Shown here: piece after piece, positions 47,981 through 62,399 of the stretch
Layout of the letters: every line of letters begins with the position of its first letter
Numbering within the stretch: position 1 is the first letter of the stretch
NCBI GenBank assembly: GCA_030324005.1
Contig: JARDVH010000073.1
Coordinates: 50,510,982 to 50,574,981, forward strand
Direction: 5' to 3'
Source: Negaprion brevirostris
Lineage: Eukaryota
Length of the DNA: 64,000 nt
Notes under the pieces: model-generated
Seen by the model: only the letters and a program-made list of their open reading frames with translations
Database searches by the model: none
Told to the model about the DNA's origin: nothing
Program-made: the position numbers and the translations under genes

Positions 47981-48860
47981 ATAGGTGTCGCTTGCGTTCA
48001 TTACCAGCGTGTGAGGCAAAATCAAGCCTTAACTGGCTGTTGTTTCTTCCTCTGAACATAAGGCCATATTTTTATAGAGCTTTTCAAATAGTTAGGAAGA
48101 ACTCAATTTATCCTTAAAGCTAACGGATGCAAACTGGACTTTGACTGGGCAATTCAGATGGGAAGGACCAACAGCAAGAGCGAAGAGAATTGACAGAAAA
48201 GGAGAAGCCAGGGATGAGATTTGTATCCAGCTCATGGTGGATTTTGCAAGTAACAAGAAAGCAAAATGAGGATTGACATCCCAGAAAGGAGTTCAATATC
48301 CCCATCTCCAGAAGATGAAATAATTACTAACAGGTTTTGTGAAAATGTGAAGATCTCTTTCATTACCCTGGAGTCACCAGTGGAAATGCCAACAGACTCA
48401 GGATCAATAAAGACACCGGCAGCAGTTTCACCTCACGCCAATTTCTACTCGCAACATTCCTCAGCATCTTTACTGCAGGCAAATGACTTTCAATCACTGG
48501 TACTCAGGAATTCAGATGTAAATAGCAGGACTGCCCACAATATTAGGAGCTATCAATGATAGAAGAATGAAAGTCTCCCGCATCAAGAGGATCTGGGGTT
48601 GGTGAGGGTAAAGGGGAAAATATCAAGTTTGACAATCTTTTTTTTTAAATGACAGAATGAAAGACCATTCCATCTCACAAGTGGTTCAGGTTTTACTTAT
48701 TGAACATTACACATCACTGCCCTCATGCTTAATGGAGGCATTGTAGAGTATATGACATGGGTGTCATCCAAGGAAAGTGAACCAATAAAATTCTATCTTC
48801 TACTCTCATTCTACATTTTTAAAACTCTACTTTAACTCTTTAGAAGTCCCTAACAATGTT

Positions 48861-49228
48861 ACACATCCCCACTGCCTTGGAAAAACAGCCAGCATGATCA
48901 AGGACCCCATACACCTGGACATACTCTCTTCCACCTTCTTCCATCGGGAAAAAGTTACATAAGCCTGAGGTCACATACCAACTGACAACAGCCTGAGGTC
49001 ACATACCAACTGACAACAGCTTCTTCCCCACTGCCATCAGACTTTTGAATGGACCTCCTACCTTATATTAGGTTGATCTTTCTCTACACCCTAGCTATGA
49101 CTGTAACACTATATTCTGCACTCTCTCCTTTCCTTTCGTATGTACGGTGTGTCTTGTCTGTATAGCACACAAGAATCAATACTTCTCACTGTATACTAAT
49201 ACATGTGACAATAATAAATCAAATCAAA
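48861..49228 (+). mobile_element. Rex1/Babar-like LINE 3' fragment with an internal 28-bp tandem duplication
   Basis: Matches 41360-41696. AGCCTGAGGTCACATACCAACTGACAAC is repeated at 48962 and 48990. (AATCA)n tail. Confidence 0.85.
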
Positions 49229-50989
49229 CCAAAATGAGACATTTTGTACCAAAATCAAAAAGCAGGCAACCTGACTAAGCGGGAGAAATGTCTTCACGTT
49301 TCTGCCTGCTACATATTACAAAGATGCCTCTAGCCTCCAGGACTGTATCCAAAAGGTAGGAGCAATGTCCAGAGCAGCTGATGAAAACCTCCTCCTGAGG
49401 TATGTTCACTCATCATTTTTGGAGCCAGGATGGCAACAGTGGCAAAAGGTCCTTACATAAATATCAATAGGATTAGAAAACATGTTACAGCTTCAAGTTA
49501 AAGCCCCAAGTTAGATCATACCTGCAAAACTGTCTTAGGGCTCCAAGTTTGGGAGGAAGAGACGGGTCTTTCTCTAGAGTGAGAAAGCTGTAAAGGCAAC
49601 CTCAGATTAAACCCATCCATTGTAGGACCAATGGAGAAAAGGCCAGGAAAATGCTGGGTTACGTCAAATATGCATTGCTGTATAACCTCTCAAAACCTGC
49701 CATATCTACAAAAGGCTGAGGTTAGGAGTCTAATGCAATACCCACCTAGAATGAGTAAAGCCACATGAAGCTTGAAGCCATCCATGAAAGAATCTGTTGG
49801 GATCAGCATTGTCACTGGCCTCAATATCAACCACTATCTTATTGTGGCTGCAGAATGTCTGATCTACACAGATGCGCTGCACCACCTCAACAAAGTTCCT
49901 TTGACAGGAAGAGCAAATGATAAGAGCAGCAAAGGGCTAGGAACACCATCTCCTCCAAATTCACCTCTGAGGCCACCTTCCCCCCACTTCAGTGTTCTTT
50001 CATTGTCACTGGATGAAGAGGCTAGAAATCCCTTCTCTCAGACCTTTGTGGGACCATCTGCATCGCTGGAACTGCAGTGGGTCAAGGAGAAGGCTTTCCT
50101 TCTCAGGGATAGGCAAATGCCATTGTACCTGTGCATATCCAGAAAATAAATAATCAAAAGACTCAGTAACTTCCAAGGAAGACTGTAATCTGGCACCAGG
50201 TGCAGTGCCAGTCACAGTCCACAGTATAAACCCCTGATCATTCAGGAAATTGACATCATCACAGATATTGAAGGCGAATGCTCAGATTAAGAGAGCCCAT
50301 TTAAGAAAAGTAAAAGCAGGAATGCAGCCCTCCAGGGTTACAGTCTAACTAAAGGGAGTCTCTATATTCCAGAAGCAGAGCATTGCGCTCCAGCACATAG
50401 CTGAAGAGTATAGAGCTCAAACTTGCTTGATGGCATCCTAAGAGTTGAATGGATAGGAAAAACACTGAATATTTATCCCTCAAACAAAAACGTGAAGACA
50501 GAATACCAGATAATTTGACTTGTACTGTTGCTCTATGCGATTTGATTTCCAGGTCTCCCCACATTACAACAGTGACTACATTACATAACTGCTTCATTGT
50601 TGGGAAGCACTTTGGAACAACCTGAGGTCATAAAAGGAACTGTGCAGGCTGAAGTTAGCTTTCCTTTAATATCTATTTCAGCATGGAAATGTAAAACATT
50701 TTGTGGCATTATTAGATGGAATTTAGGATGCTGATAAAGCAGTGCCGAAGCAGAATTCACAATAAACCAATCAACTCAACCCCCTTTTGATTTACCTCAG
50801 CATCGCTGACACTAATTGAAGAATCAATAAAAAGAAGCCCTTGTTTTCTGTTGCTCAAATGGCTGCTCCTCAGTTTCTTGAGATGGCTGGTTTTGTAAAC
50901 TGTCAGAATTTCAACTTTTGGGCATGTCCTTTAGTGTTATCTGCAGTTCAGGGGAGTGACATTCTTTGCTCGGAACTAGAAGGACATGG

Positions 50990-52080
50990 GGGGGGTGAAA
51001 GTCCAAATCCAGGCCATTGAGAACAAAATCAATGCTGACATTCCAATGCTCAGCTGAGGGAATGTTGCACTTTTGGAGGTAGTGGGTGGAATCTTGTCGA
51101 AGCACTGGCAGTCTCACTGGTCAGCTGGAGACCCACACTGGTTCTTTTTGAGAAGGCCTGCCAAGCCAATCAGGCAAAGGCAAGGCCATTGGCAAAGGCC
51201 TTCTCCTGGGAACAAGATTCCACAGGTGGAAGTCTCACTATCGAGAGCTGCTGGCCAAAAAAGAGAGGCCGACAGCTCTAGTTTTCAGCAGTGCTTTTGG
51301 GGATGCGGTGGCTACTACTAAAAGGACTGGCACTGGAGTTCTCGGATTGCAGTGATCCAGGCAACAGGTAAGTCATACTGGGGGTAAAGTAATTTCACTG
51401 GGTGGGAGTCATGGTGAGAGGGATACAGGATGTTTGGACAGGGGTGTAGCTCTCAATAGGCCCCCATCTCTCAATGTCAAATCCCTTGATGAGGCCTTTG
51501 ATTGAGGGAACCTCCTAGAGGTGACAAGCCCACAGAGTTTTAGCTGCTGTGCATACTGCAAAGCGATAGGCCCGATTGCAGCTGGGTTAACACCAGTGGC
51601 AGAGGAATGAGATCCTTAAGTAGTCATTACTTGGCCACCTGAGGACTTCAAGTGTCAGCTGGCTGGGAAGACCGACCATGAGCCTTAATTCAGATCCATG
51701 GTCCCAGAACGTATTTTTGGAGAGGTGGCAAGGCAGCAGGATTCCGGAATGCTAACATCTTACCTAATTACATGCCCTTCCCATCTCCACACTCAACACC
51801 AGCACAAGATTCAGCTGTGTCTTTTGGTAGCATGGTCAAATCTGACCTCTGGTCTCTCAGGTGGATGTAAAAAAATTCCCATCTAACTACTTTAAAGATG
51901 ACCACGGGAGTTCTCCCAGTGTCCTGGCCAATATTTATCTCTCAACCAACAGCACTAAATGATTACCATATCACTATTAGTGGGAGATTGCTCTACACAA
52001 ATTGGCTGCCAAGTTTACTTCATTACGACTGTGACTGCACTGTGAAATGCAAGTCTGCATTTCAAACACCCTCGTTTCTC
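50990..52080 (+). mobile_element. SacSINE1/DeuSINE-like SINE interrupted by a ~730-bp TIR element
   Basis: SINE body GCTGACATTCCAATG...CTGAGGGAATGTTGCAC | ...GGAGTTCTCCCAGTGTCCTGGCCAATATTTATCTCTCAACC...AAATTGGCTGCC. Confidence 0.55.
51084..51816. mobile_element. Non-autonomous TIR element (Harbinger-like ends)
   Basis: Left end GGGTGGAATCTTGT and right end ACAAGATTCAGCT (reverse complement AGCTGAATCTTGT). It cleanly interrupts the SINE. Confidence 0.5.
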
Positions 52081-53892
52081 AGGACTGCTTTGAATCCCAT
52101 CTCGCTGAAGTTTGACAGCAAATGTCGTAGTGATTTTATGCAAAATGAAATGCTACACAAATCTCTTTCAGACAACTAATCAACAAGAAATGTCTAACAG
52201 CAGTCTACCAAAATCTGTAATTTGGGACTGGAATGGGTTGTGACTGCAATGATGGGTGAATCTCCTGTTATAATTAAACACTCTAAAATGACACACTCAG
52301 GGCTGAGCTGGTTCATCCATAATTTATTAGGTTGCAAAATAAAACTGTTAAAAAGGTGTCCCGACAGTCGTGAATGTTGACATGTAATTTCTTTACATTG
52401 GTCCAGGGTCACCAGTTATTGTCTTGTGAAGCTCCTTCTGCACAATATCCGAGTGACTGTCTTTAGTCTGTGGAACCCCCTATGTTAGGAAGATTGGGGT
52501 TTCCACAACCCCATGCTTTGATGTATCAGTGCAGAGTTATTTTATAGCATGTATCTAAAAGTGCAGCAGCCCCCAAAAATGGCAGTGTGTGAAGTGTTCA
52601 GTGGTGCTGTCTGTTCCAGGCCTTCAATAGCCTTTCATTCAACATTCAAAGCAACAACCAAGGGAGCAATCAACAGCAGTAAATCTTCTCCCAAAGCACT
52701 GATCAACCCATTTAGTATATTTAGCCCCATAAAGTGCATTTAACTGGTTTGATTTTTGCGAGGAAAGCACTATCAAACCTCAGGAGTAAATAGCTACCTT
52801 TGTACCCAAGCAAAGACTGAAACAGATTCTGCACAGCCAACTCCGTTCCATGAAGCGCTGCAAACAGCGATAACATTTTCACGCTTACAGGTGCAGTATT
52901 TCACTGGCTTATCGAACTGTATGTAAACATCTCTCACACAAACACACACACAACTCTATTGAAGGGAATTTACCAATTCCTTCTTTGTGTTAATGCTATT
53001 GGTTTGAGGACTCGAATTCAGGGATTTCGGGAGCTGAAGCAGGTTAACAATTATCTTGGCCCTAGTGTGATTAATTGCCCCTTCTTCAACTATCAAAGGC
53101 CACTGCAGCAAGTTACCTATGGATCTAGCAGCATCACTCCACCATACTACCCAGGAGCATGGTTTCAACTGACTAACAAGGAACATTGAAATGGCACGGC
53201 AACAAAATATGAGACCATGACTCTCCATTATTGTTGAGTAATATGGACACTTGCACAGTGATATTCTGACAGGAATATTGTCAAGATGCTTCTTTTGGCT
53301 AAGGCATTTAATAACTTCCAAAGCCTCTGGATCCAGCTCTCAATAGTGTATTTGACACTGCTCAGTACACCTTTTCACTGCCCCAGCAGAAAATCAGTTT
53401 CACTAGTTCCTCAGCCTTTTTAAAAAATGTTATTTCTTTCTCAGCATTATAAAGCCAAAGCGCAGAGTAGACACGCCACACCTCTAATCCAGCTCCATTA
53501 TTGCTCCAAAACCAATTCAGACTCAACGTGAATCAAATTTATGGTCCCCAACAAGATAGGCATACTGGATTCAAGCTGACAAGAACACTTGATCTCATAC
53601 TTGGTCCAATGCTTGATCTTAGCCAAAAACTATTTCTGCAGTTGTAACTGAACCCAGCTTCCATTTGTGCAACAGCTTCTGAAGTAGCAGTGACCTAAAG
53701 GTGGGTGCACTAAAATAGAGGCAGCGAGCAAGTTCCATGCTGGAACAAACAAAATCCACACTGTAATCAAAGTGTAACATCACTGGACAGCAGGCCCATT
53801 GAGGGACCTTGCTGACAGTCCCTCCCTTCACACCAACTGTCCAGTGACTGTACAAGTAGCTTTTCTTGTGGTAATTTAATGCAGCCTCCTGC

Positions 53893-54047
53893 TTGTCTGA
53901 AAGATGTGCTGGTTAGGTGTATTGGCCATGCTAAATTCTTCCCCCCGTGAACCCAAACAGGCGCCAGAGTATGACAACAAAAGGATTTTTACAGTAACTT
54001 CATTGCAATGTTAATGTAAGCCTACTTGTGACACTGATAAATAAACA
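53893..54047 (+). mobile_element. V-SINE subfamily B, 5'-truncated
   Basis: GTCTGAAAGATGTGCTGGTTAGGTG...TTTTACAGTAACTTCATTGCAATGTTAATGTAAGCCTACTTGTGACACTGATAAATAAAC. Confidence 0.85.
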
Positions 54048-54624
54048 TTCCAAACCCCTCAAGTTCTGAGGGGTGCACGTAAGCTCAGGGCAGAGATGCT
54101 ATGGGGGAAGATCACTGCTTATGACCTTTTAGCATACTGAACCAAGGGGAGGGGAATTGTATAGTACCTCCTCATGCTGTATGACTCATCTTGAATGTAT
54201 ACAGTGAATATTAAACATACCATATTAGTATTGAAGCACCTGTGTGATATGACCTATGTCGACAACTTAAATATCTTTGCACCATTTGTAATGACCATTT
54301 TGAAAGATTATAATATATATTTGACTGTGTTGAAGCACTTCAGAAAGTAACGTGATCTATGTAGAAAACCTATAATCGCTCTTTGTGAAGGTAATTTTGA
54401 AATTTGTAATGTTTTTCAGATATTTTCGTTTAAAAAAGGTTGTTTTAAATGTAACCAACGTAAGGAAGACAAACAAATGTTGAATACTGGTATTATAACA
54501 CTTCCAAACAGATTAGGAAATGAGGCAGAGAATGAGGGAGAAGGAATTAAGACTTATGAGGAACAAAAGGAAACCATTCAGCCCCTTGAGTTTTTCCAAC
54601 TTTCAATATAATCATGGTTGCAGT

Positions 54625-55012
54625 TGCAATCATGTTGCAGTTGTACAGAACATTGGTTCGGCCGCATTTGGAGTACTGCATACAGTTCTGGTTGCCTTAC
54701 TACCGGAAGGACGTGGAGACTCTGGAGAGAGTGCAGAGGAGGTTTACCAGGATGTTGCCTGGTATGGAAGGACTGGGGTATGAGGAAAGANNNNNNNNNN
54801 NNNNNNNNNNNNNNNNNNNNNNNNNNNNNNNNNNNNNNNNNNNNNNNNNNNNNNNNNNNNNNNNNNNNNNNNNNNNNNNNNNNNNNNNNNGTTTCCCTCA
54901 ATCTGGATGGCCATAAATCATTAGATAGGGGTCATGGGTAGAGAGGTGGACTGGTGGTGTTGAGATGACGGCGCGGGCTCGTTGGGCCGAAGGGCCTGTT
55001 TCCCAGGCTGAT
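54625..55012 (+). mobile_element. CR1 LINE 3' fragment nested within an older minus-strand CR1 tail (~54553-55165)
   Basis: MLQLYRTLVRPHLEYCIQFWLPYYRKDVETLERVQRRFTRMLPGMEGLGYEER and tail GGGCCGAAGGGCCTGTTTCC. Confidence 0.88.
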
Positions 55013-58000
55013 TTTGTTCTTTGGTTGATCTGCACCTTAAATCCATTTCCCGGTTTTCCTCCAGAATCTCTAGATATTCATAGGGAGCAAAAGTCTGAAC
55101 TGCAGCCTTGAAAATGTCCACAGAATCCAGACATCGGAGAACAATGATTCCACATTTGCACATTTTTCTTTCTCCTGTACCCTACCCAGGATTGTTTTGT
55201 TTTAGTTTTTCAGTTTCTCCCAAGCAACTTCTCAATTTAGAAGGACAGAATGCAGGCTGTCCCAAGGTCTTGGTCAATAATACCCAGCTTCAACCATTGG
55301 AAAGTGTGCACAATAGGCTGACTGACATATGAGCATCAGGCTGCCAAGACTATAATGGTGACAAGGCCGACCTCAACACTATGTTCATTTAGATGACATT
55401 GGACGAGCAGCGATAAGGCTGTTGCCATCGGCCTCAAGAGCTGACAAAGAGAAAATTGACCAGAGCTCACAATCCTGATCTCCATCCAGTGACCCCAGCC
55501 ACAGTATACGGGTGGATCTGAACACCAGCTCAGCTGTGATAACCCACCTGGTTGAATAGTGTGCCAACACACTCGGGCTTTCATGAGAAGAATGAGCAAA
55601 AGCCAGGCTCTGAAATCCAGTCAGAGATATAAAGAAACATTAACTCCAAGGAACAGGACTGTCTTCCTTCAAATAACATGAACACAGTCAATATGATTAT
55701 GGCAGACAGGAATTTTAGCATCCCAAGTTAAACCTTTAACCAATAATCAATATTGAACCTTTAATCAGTAATCAGATTTTCACTGAAACAGCGACAGAAA
55801 CAGAAAGCCCATCAGTCTATTTTACATAAAAGCTTAATTTCTTCAGATAACCTTTGTCTGGAAATCTGTTGCAAGAGAGTCTCAGGCCTGTGAGGACTAG
55901 CCTGTCGTATTTACACTGGATGGAGACACTCTACACCATCCTTCTGAAGAACTACGGGGAACTCAACTAACATAAATCACCAGATAATTCAATTTTTGAT
56001 AGTTTCAATTTATAAATACCTCGCATCCTTAAGGTGACAGTATCTCATTTTGGTCTCTCCACAGCAATAAAAAAAAGCGATGATACTGCCACACGAAAAT
56101 CAAAGTTTGCATAAAATGTACTTGGACAGGATGACTACAAATCCCGCTCTTGACTCATACAGAGCACCATGTACTCAGAGGATATATGAAGCAGTCAGTC
56201 GGTACACACTGCAATTACCATGCACGGACATGCATTAGATCATCTGTGGCACTGTAATTATCGCTGTGATATCAGTTTTCAAAGTTCAGATATGGGTCAT
56301 GACTGAGGTTTAAACAATATATAGATTGGTTCCTAATCAATTAACAGCTATATGGTCAATAACTGTCCTCAGCACTGCATCATTCTTCACAAGTGATCCC
56401 ACCAAGCTATGTTGCTACTGGTGGCATAAAATGCTTGTCTGGCTGTTTCACTGCGAACAGATTTTTAGAAATTTTATGAATTGAGTGAAGAGGGACAGGA
56501 TTGGGGGCTGGTGGTGGCAGCAGTGCTTATGTTGACTTACTGCCCACTTCTAAACCCAGCTCGCAATGGTGGCACCCAAGTCTTGAACAGCTGCATCTCT
56601 GAGCTGTTCCGTAACACCCATTCTTCACGGTCACACGGGGAGTAGGGGATGGGGTATGTTGTGGGGGTTGTGAGTGGGGCGCAGGGAAGGAAGGATGTAA
56701 AAAGTGCTAGGCAACTGGAGCAGGGAGAGAGGGTAGCTTTCCATGTACACAGCTTCCCCTGTCTAAAGGCACACAGTCTATGCACTAACAAGGTCAATTA
56801 GGGACAATCAATAAATGTTGNNNNNNCAACGATACTCTCAACCTCGCAAAGAATAAAACTCACTATCTTGCTGTCCAGTTAGCTCTTCCCTTTAGTTATG
56901 TTGGAAAGTGAGGCAATGATCAGGCCTTGCCTGCTTCTAAGGTTGATCAGAGATCCGAACAAAAGGTTTCTTAAAAATCAGCTTAATGGGACCTTTCATT
57001 GTAGGTGATCTGTCCACTTCTCTCACAGATAGAACTGGTCAAGGACCTACTGTCCAATGAAAGACCAGCATCCACCTGAAATAGAAACGTTCTGACAAGA
57101 ATTGTGTGACTAATTTCTGAAGTGTGGGAGATTAAAATCAAACCAAGGGTTGTTAGGTTAGTTAGCTGGTAAATCAGGAGATTGCAAACTGACAGGATTT
57201 CTCAGTTTCTCATTTTTAACAGGCCGATTTGTGAAAGGTATGCATTTTCCACAGACCGGAGAACCTGGAAAATTAGCTTATAAGAGGTTATAATCATGCT
57301 TTCATTGAGGAACTGTATCCATTATGATTGAGGGCTGGAGAATAGGGGCTGCACTGTTATAAGCTGTGCACACGGACTGCCCTCCCATTCCTGCTGTGAC
57401 TGCAACATCCTGGAACCACCACCACCAGCCCCAACACAGTTTTATTGCAATGTACTGAGTTGGTTACAAGCAGTTACACTGTAACACAGGGCTACCTTAG
57501 CCTAACAGGATTAGTCTGCAGCAATTAATGATTTTGGGAGGGGAATGTGAGACCCCAATAATGCTTGATGTGATCCAGGCAGCTCTAGCAATACTAAACC
57601 AGTTGAGCCCTGTTGGAGCTGAAGGTGCAAAAATGGGGGCCATAGTAAAGGGAACAACCAGGGTCAGGAGGGAGTAAAGTTTGACTGTGGATAAGGGCTA
57701 CAGACTTATATTGATAGCTGCAGATGCAACATGATGTTTGGAGAGCAAAAGGCAAGACAGTTGGTAGTTTGGAAGTGCAGTTGTGAGTGACAAACCTACA
57801 AGCAGAAAGGCTGTAGGATAAAGGGCAAAGCGGTGCAGAGGGGGGTGCGTGCAAAGGGCAAGGGGCAGCAGCATCACTTGACAATTTGCTCTGCTGTAAG
57901 TAAAAGTTCTTTTTTAAAACAACTTATGCTTTCACACATGAAACACGGGAGTAAGAGGAGAGTGGTTGACTGTCTTAATTGCTGCCACTCCCTGGGTTAT

Positions 58001-58269
58001 CAGCTAATTCAGCACTGGCCACAAGCAATGAAACACCCTATAAAAATGACGCTCACTTTTCACTTGGCAAAGTTCCAGACAGTCCATTCTATCGCCTGAT
58101 CCACGCTCAGTAGATGTCAAGCCAAGTAAAATAATCAGGTGTAAATCCAAGTTGGGAGCTGATGGAAAGCTAAGCTTCTTCTCAGTGGCAGAGTATACAT
58201 AAAGGAGATGCAAGTAAGTGAATTTGTCTCTATTGGTCTCGTCTCCTAACAGATTAATTGGTTTGCGCA

Positions 58270-58582
58270 CTCACCCCTGAATCATTCGATCATGGCTTCA
58301 AGTCCCACTCCAAAGACTTGAGCACATATTCTAGACTGAGACTCCAGTACAGTACTGAGGCAGTGTTATACTGTTGGAAGTGCCATCACTTGGATTACAC
58401 GTTAAATTGAGATTCTCTAACAGACTACCTGGTCTTCATTGCTTTTGGGGGTTTGTTGTGCCTATATTGGCACAATGTTTCCCACATTACAACATGGTTA
58501 ACACTTCAGAAGTACTTCAATGTCAATAAAAGATCTTTGCAATGGCCTGCGATTGCATGTTATATTCAATGAAGGCATTTTC
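58270..58582 (+). mobile_element. SacSINE1/DeuSINE-like SINE, internally deleted
   Basis: TTCAAGTCCCACTCCAAAGACTTGAGCAC...CAGTACTGAGG...TTTCCCACATTACAAC...ACTTCAGAAGTACTTCA (L2-like tail). Confidence 0.55.
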
Positions 58583-59692
58583 TATTCATAACTGCAGACA
58601 GGACTGAGTTTGATATTATTTACCTGAACGCAATTTTATTTTTTAAAAAGAGGCACTTATGAGGTGAGTAAGATGGCTGCCAAAGGGTCAGGTGACCTTT
58701 GGACACAAAACTATTTCAAGCTTCCGGAAAGTTCTGAATTGTGTCCTCCTGAGTGGGGGGCTTACACTTATATGGACATGGTTAGGTAGCATCTCTTCAT
58801 GAAATTCACACCTGCCATTGTTCAATCTTCACCCCAAACATAAGCAGCACAGATAACGGGGGCTCAGAAACACATGTCTATCTTTACAACAAACCATATT
58901 GATTGTGGACATGAAGGGAAGCTATCAAGCTGGCAATGCGCGCTCATGTCACGCACAAAGCTTGCGTACTCTCAGTACNNNNNNNNNNNNNNNNNNNNNN
59001 NNNNNACACTCCCAGTGCACAGCTACCACTCCAGCATTGTATGCTCACAGTATCTTTCCACACTGCAATCACTTCTGAAGCTCAATTAATTGTAAAAGTA
59101 ATCATATCTGTGAGGAAATGCTTTCAAATTTCCAGTTTGAATTTTTGAAGAGAAAAGGAAAGTGGAGTAGCTGTCGTAAATAACTGAGGCACAGTGACAG
59201 AGAGATCAGAGCAGTTCATCAATTGCAGCACTGTGATTGTGTTCACAGCTCAGGATAAAGAAAGACATTTATTTCTCCATTACTGACCTTTACTGGTTGA
59301 GGCTCTTCCTATCAAATTTGCTTTTGCTCCCATTTGATGAAGTGGTTTCCACTTAGAGGGGCACTGCTGTCAATCGCAGTCTTTCCCCACTGTTTACACA
59401 TCACAGGGACCTTGTCCAGCTGGCTAAAAGCTTCCTGACCTGCATATGACAGCTCCATTACAAAACTGACCCTCAGCACTTCTGGGAATCTGTCCAACCC
59501 CAAAACACCCTCTGTTTCTATTCCATCTCAGATTTGCCTTCATCAGTCGTTGCGCTCTTTCACTTTCCTTTTAACTTGTAGTCACTTATTGTGACATTTT
59601 ATAGCTGCTCCCTGATCTCTTTTTCACTTGTGTCTATCTTAGGTCACAATTTCATAGCCTGGTGTTTGGGTCACACTCACTGTGGAAACACA

Positions 59693-59694
<2 letters not shown>

Positions 59695-59731
<37 letters not shown>
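59695..59731. repeat. (CA)n microsatellite
   Basis: About 18 uninterrupted CA units. Confidence 0.97.
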
Positions 59732-59734
<3 letters not shown>

Positions 59735-59769
59735 ACCTTTGTCAACATACTTTGTTGTCTACAAGATTA

Positions 59770-60021
59770 TGAGCGAATCTACAAGACTATGAGAGGCATG
59801 GACAGAGTTGATAGTCAGAAGCATTTCCCAGGATGGAAGAGTCAATTACTAGGGGGCATAGGTTTAAGTACGAAGAGCAAGGCTTAATGAAGACGTACAA
59901 GGCAGATTTTTTACAGAGTCGTGGGTGCCTGGAACTCGTTACCGGGGGAGGTAGTGGAAGCGGATATGGTAGTGACTTTTAAGGGGCATCTTGACAAATA
60001 CATGAATAGGATGGGAATTGA
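59770..60021 (+). mobile_element. CR1 LINE 3' fragment running into a gap
   Basis: IYKTMRGMDRVDSQ.HFP... RVVGAWNSLPGEVVEAD....FKGHLDKYM. Confidence 0.85.
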
Positions 60022-62399
60022 NNNNNNNNNNNNNNNNNNNNNNNNNNNNNNNNNNNNNNNNNNNNNNNNNNNNNNNNNNNNNNNNNNNNNNNNNNNNNNN
60101 NNNNNNNNNNNNNNNNNNNNNNNNNNNNNNNNNNNNNNNNNNNNNNNNNNNNNNNNNNNNNNNNNNNNNNNNNNNNNNNNNNNNNNNNNNNNNNNNNNNT
60201 AGTGATATGTTTACTCTCGTTCCTTCTGTAACCTCTCAAATAATGATGTGCTGTATGCGCGATGGAAGGTGAAGGTCAAGGCAGGGTGGAGAAGTGCTTT
60301 CGTGATCCAGCATCCTCAACTGGGAAGAACGTTTAGCCATATGGGAAATTGGGTCAGTTTTTCCCTCCATTATCACAGGATGCTGAGGGCCCGACTACTG
60401 GTTTGCCAAAATCAGTTCAGTCAGAGCAGACCAAGTTCAAACCTGGTCTGTCTGTCTCAGCTATTCTCTGATTTAATCAACTGACTGGACCACTGGAGTT
60501 TCGCAGTGACTATGAAGCTGGAGGGTTGTCATTCTTAGGAAAGACTAAACCACGGTTTACTCTATACTGACGTATGAACAGATCACAGGCGTGCAACAAA
60601 TGCAGTTGGAGTTCTGCTCTGCCTCTAGATTCACAAGGAATGTAGCGAAGACTACCACAAACGGCCCAAAGAGCTAACTCTTAGAGCAGTTTCCAACAAG
60701 TTGAGCAATACCCAATCCCCAAGCTCCACTTATTTCAAAAGCAAAGCTCCAGCACATCACTTGGAACTGAAGTGACCAATATTTTTTGTAAATTATGACA
60801 CTTTAACAGTTAGCTTAGATTGCATGGGCTAGAAAAGAGAGGACGAAAAGCGAGATTAATGTAAAGTTGTTGGATAGCTTTTTCCCGTGAACATCTCGTT
60901 AGTCTGCAGGAGTTGATCATTTTTAGTGCCTTCAACTTAGCACGAGGAATGACACTTTCCTGTCACTATTTAAATTTCATTTCAACTGACAGAGCATTTA
61001 CAAGAGAATAACATTTGTATAAAAATGTAATAAGACGTGACAACATTTCTATTACATTGGCTGCATGCATGAAAATCACAAGCACTATGCAAATGGATTC
61101 TGGCTGTCTGCCTTTAGAAAACCTAATCCCATTAATTTAAGATCAGGACAGATTAATTCACTTTTCTCAGGTTCAACAGGCCCAATGTTTTTGAAAAAGA
61201 ACTATACATCATTCCCCCCCCCACCTTTAAAGTAGTTTGCAGCCCTTTCTTCCATCTTCTCTCTGGGCCCATTGGTGCCTGTGAAACTTGGGCCAAAACA
61301 AGACTGGCATAATGCTTCCCAGCAGTGGGTACAAACAGGAGAGTGTTGATCAGGACAAACCGAGCTCGCCATTGACAACTGATGAGGAAAACTTTGGACT
61401 TTTCAACCTTGAATGAGAAGGATCTTGAATGTAGTAGGTTGTTGTGATCTGAAACGCATTGTTAAAAAGGACGGCAGAAACAGATTCAATTGTAACTTTC
61501 TACTTGAAAAAGGGAAAACAATTGCAGAGCAATGGCAGAATGGGCAGGGAAGTGAGACTAACTGGATTGCTCTTATAAAGCTGGCATAGGGGCAGAGAGG
61601 GGATGCAACTGAGAGGGTAAAGAGAGATGAGGAGTCTGGGATATCTCTAAAAATAGGGCCATTAGTTTCAATCTCACAATGAGAGGATTTAGAACAGATG
61701 TCAAGTCAAAGGATTCCAAGTAGGGTCACGGAGGCAGAAATCTTCCAGCCATTAAGAATTGTTTGGATGTTGTACTGGTGGCAGTAGCTTTCTGAATGAT
61801 TGAGCTAGATGAGCTGGAGCTGCTCTCCATATTTACATGAAACCTGATTAGACAGTTTGATGCTGAAATTCCGCAGTGTTTCTGGGTGCTCCCACCTCAA
61901 CATGGGTAGAAACTTGTCAGAGCAGTCTGAACCAAGGACAGAAGTTCAGTTGGTCATCCGGTCCCAAAGTCTGAACAGCACAGGAGGCCATTCAGCCCAC
62001 TGAGTCCATGCCAGCACTCTGTAGTGTGATCCAGTCAGTCCCAATCCACATACCAAAATTTAACTCTTATAATCAACTGCAGCTCCCCTTCCCACAATGT
62101 TCATATTTAGTACTACACCATCACCTGTCTAATGCCAGTCACCATCTAATGCCAGTCACCAAAGTTTGCACTGCAATGGAGGCCTATACATAACCATCAT
62201 CACGAGGTTGGGCTGAAAGGCCTCAAGTTCAGAGTTCCCATACTGCAGGCCTTCAGAATGACCCCATTTGAGATTGACAGAAATGCACTAAGTGCACTTC
62301 CCTACTAATTGTAAATTGTAAGGCTACAACAATTTGAGAAGTCAAGATTGTTTTTGAACTTTTAAAACAAAACCGAGTTTACAGGGAGAGGTGGAAGCA

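Noticed and set aside
49378-49410. CTGATGA followed by a small hairpin (other CTGATGA hits at ~9381, ~59540 and ~61379)
   Set aside because: There is no correctly placed GAAA box or helix I/III pairing, so these are not hammerheads.
62128-62161. 17-bp tandem duplication TCTAATGCCAGTCACCA x2
   Set aside because: An ordinary slippage duplication with no sign of function.
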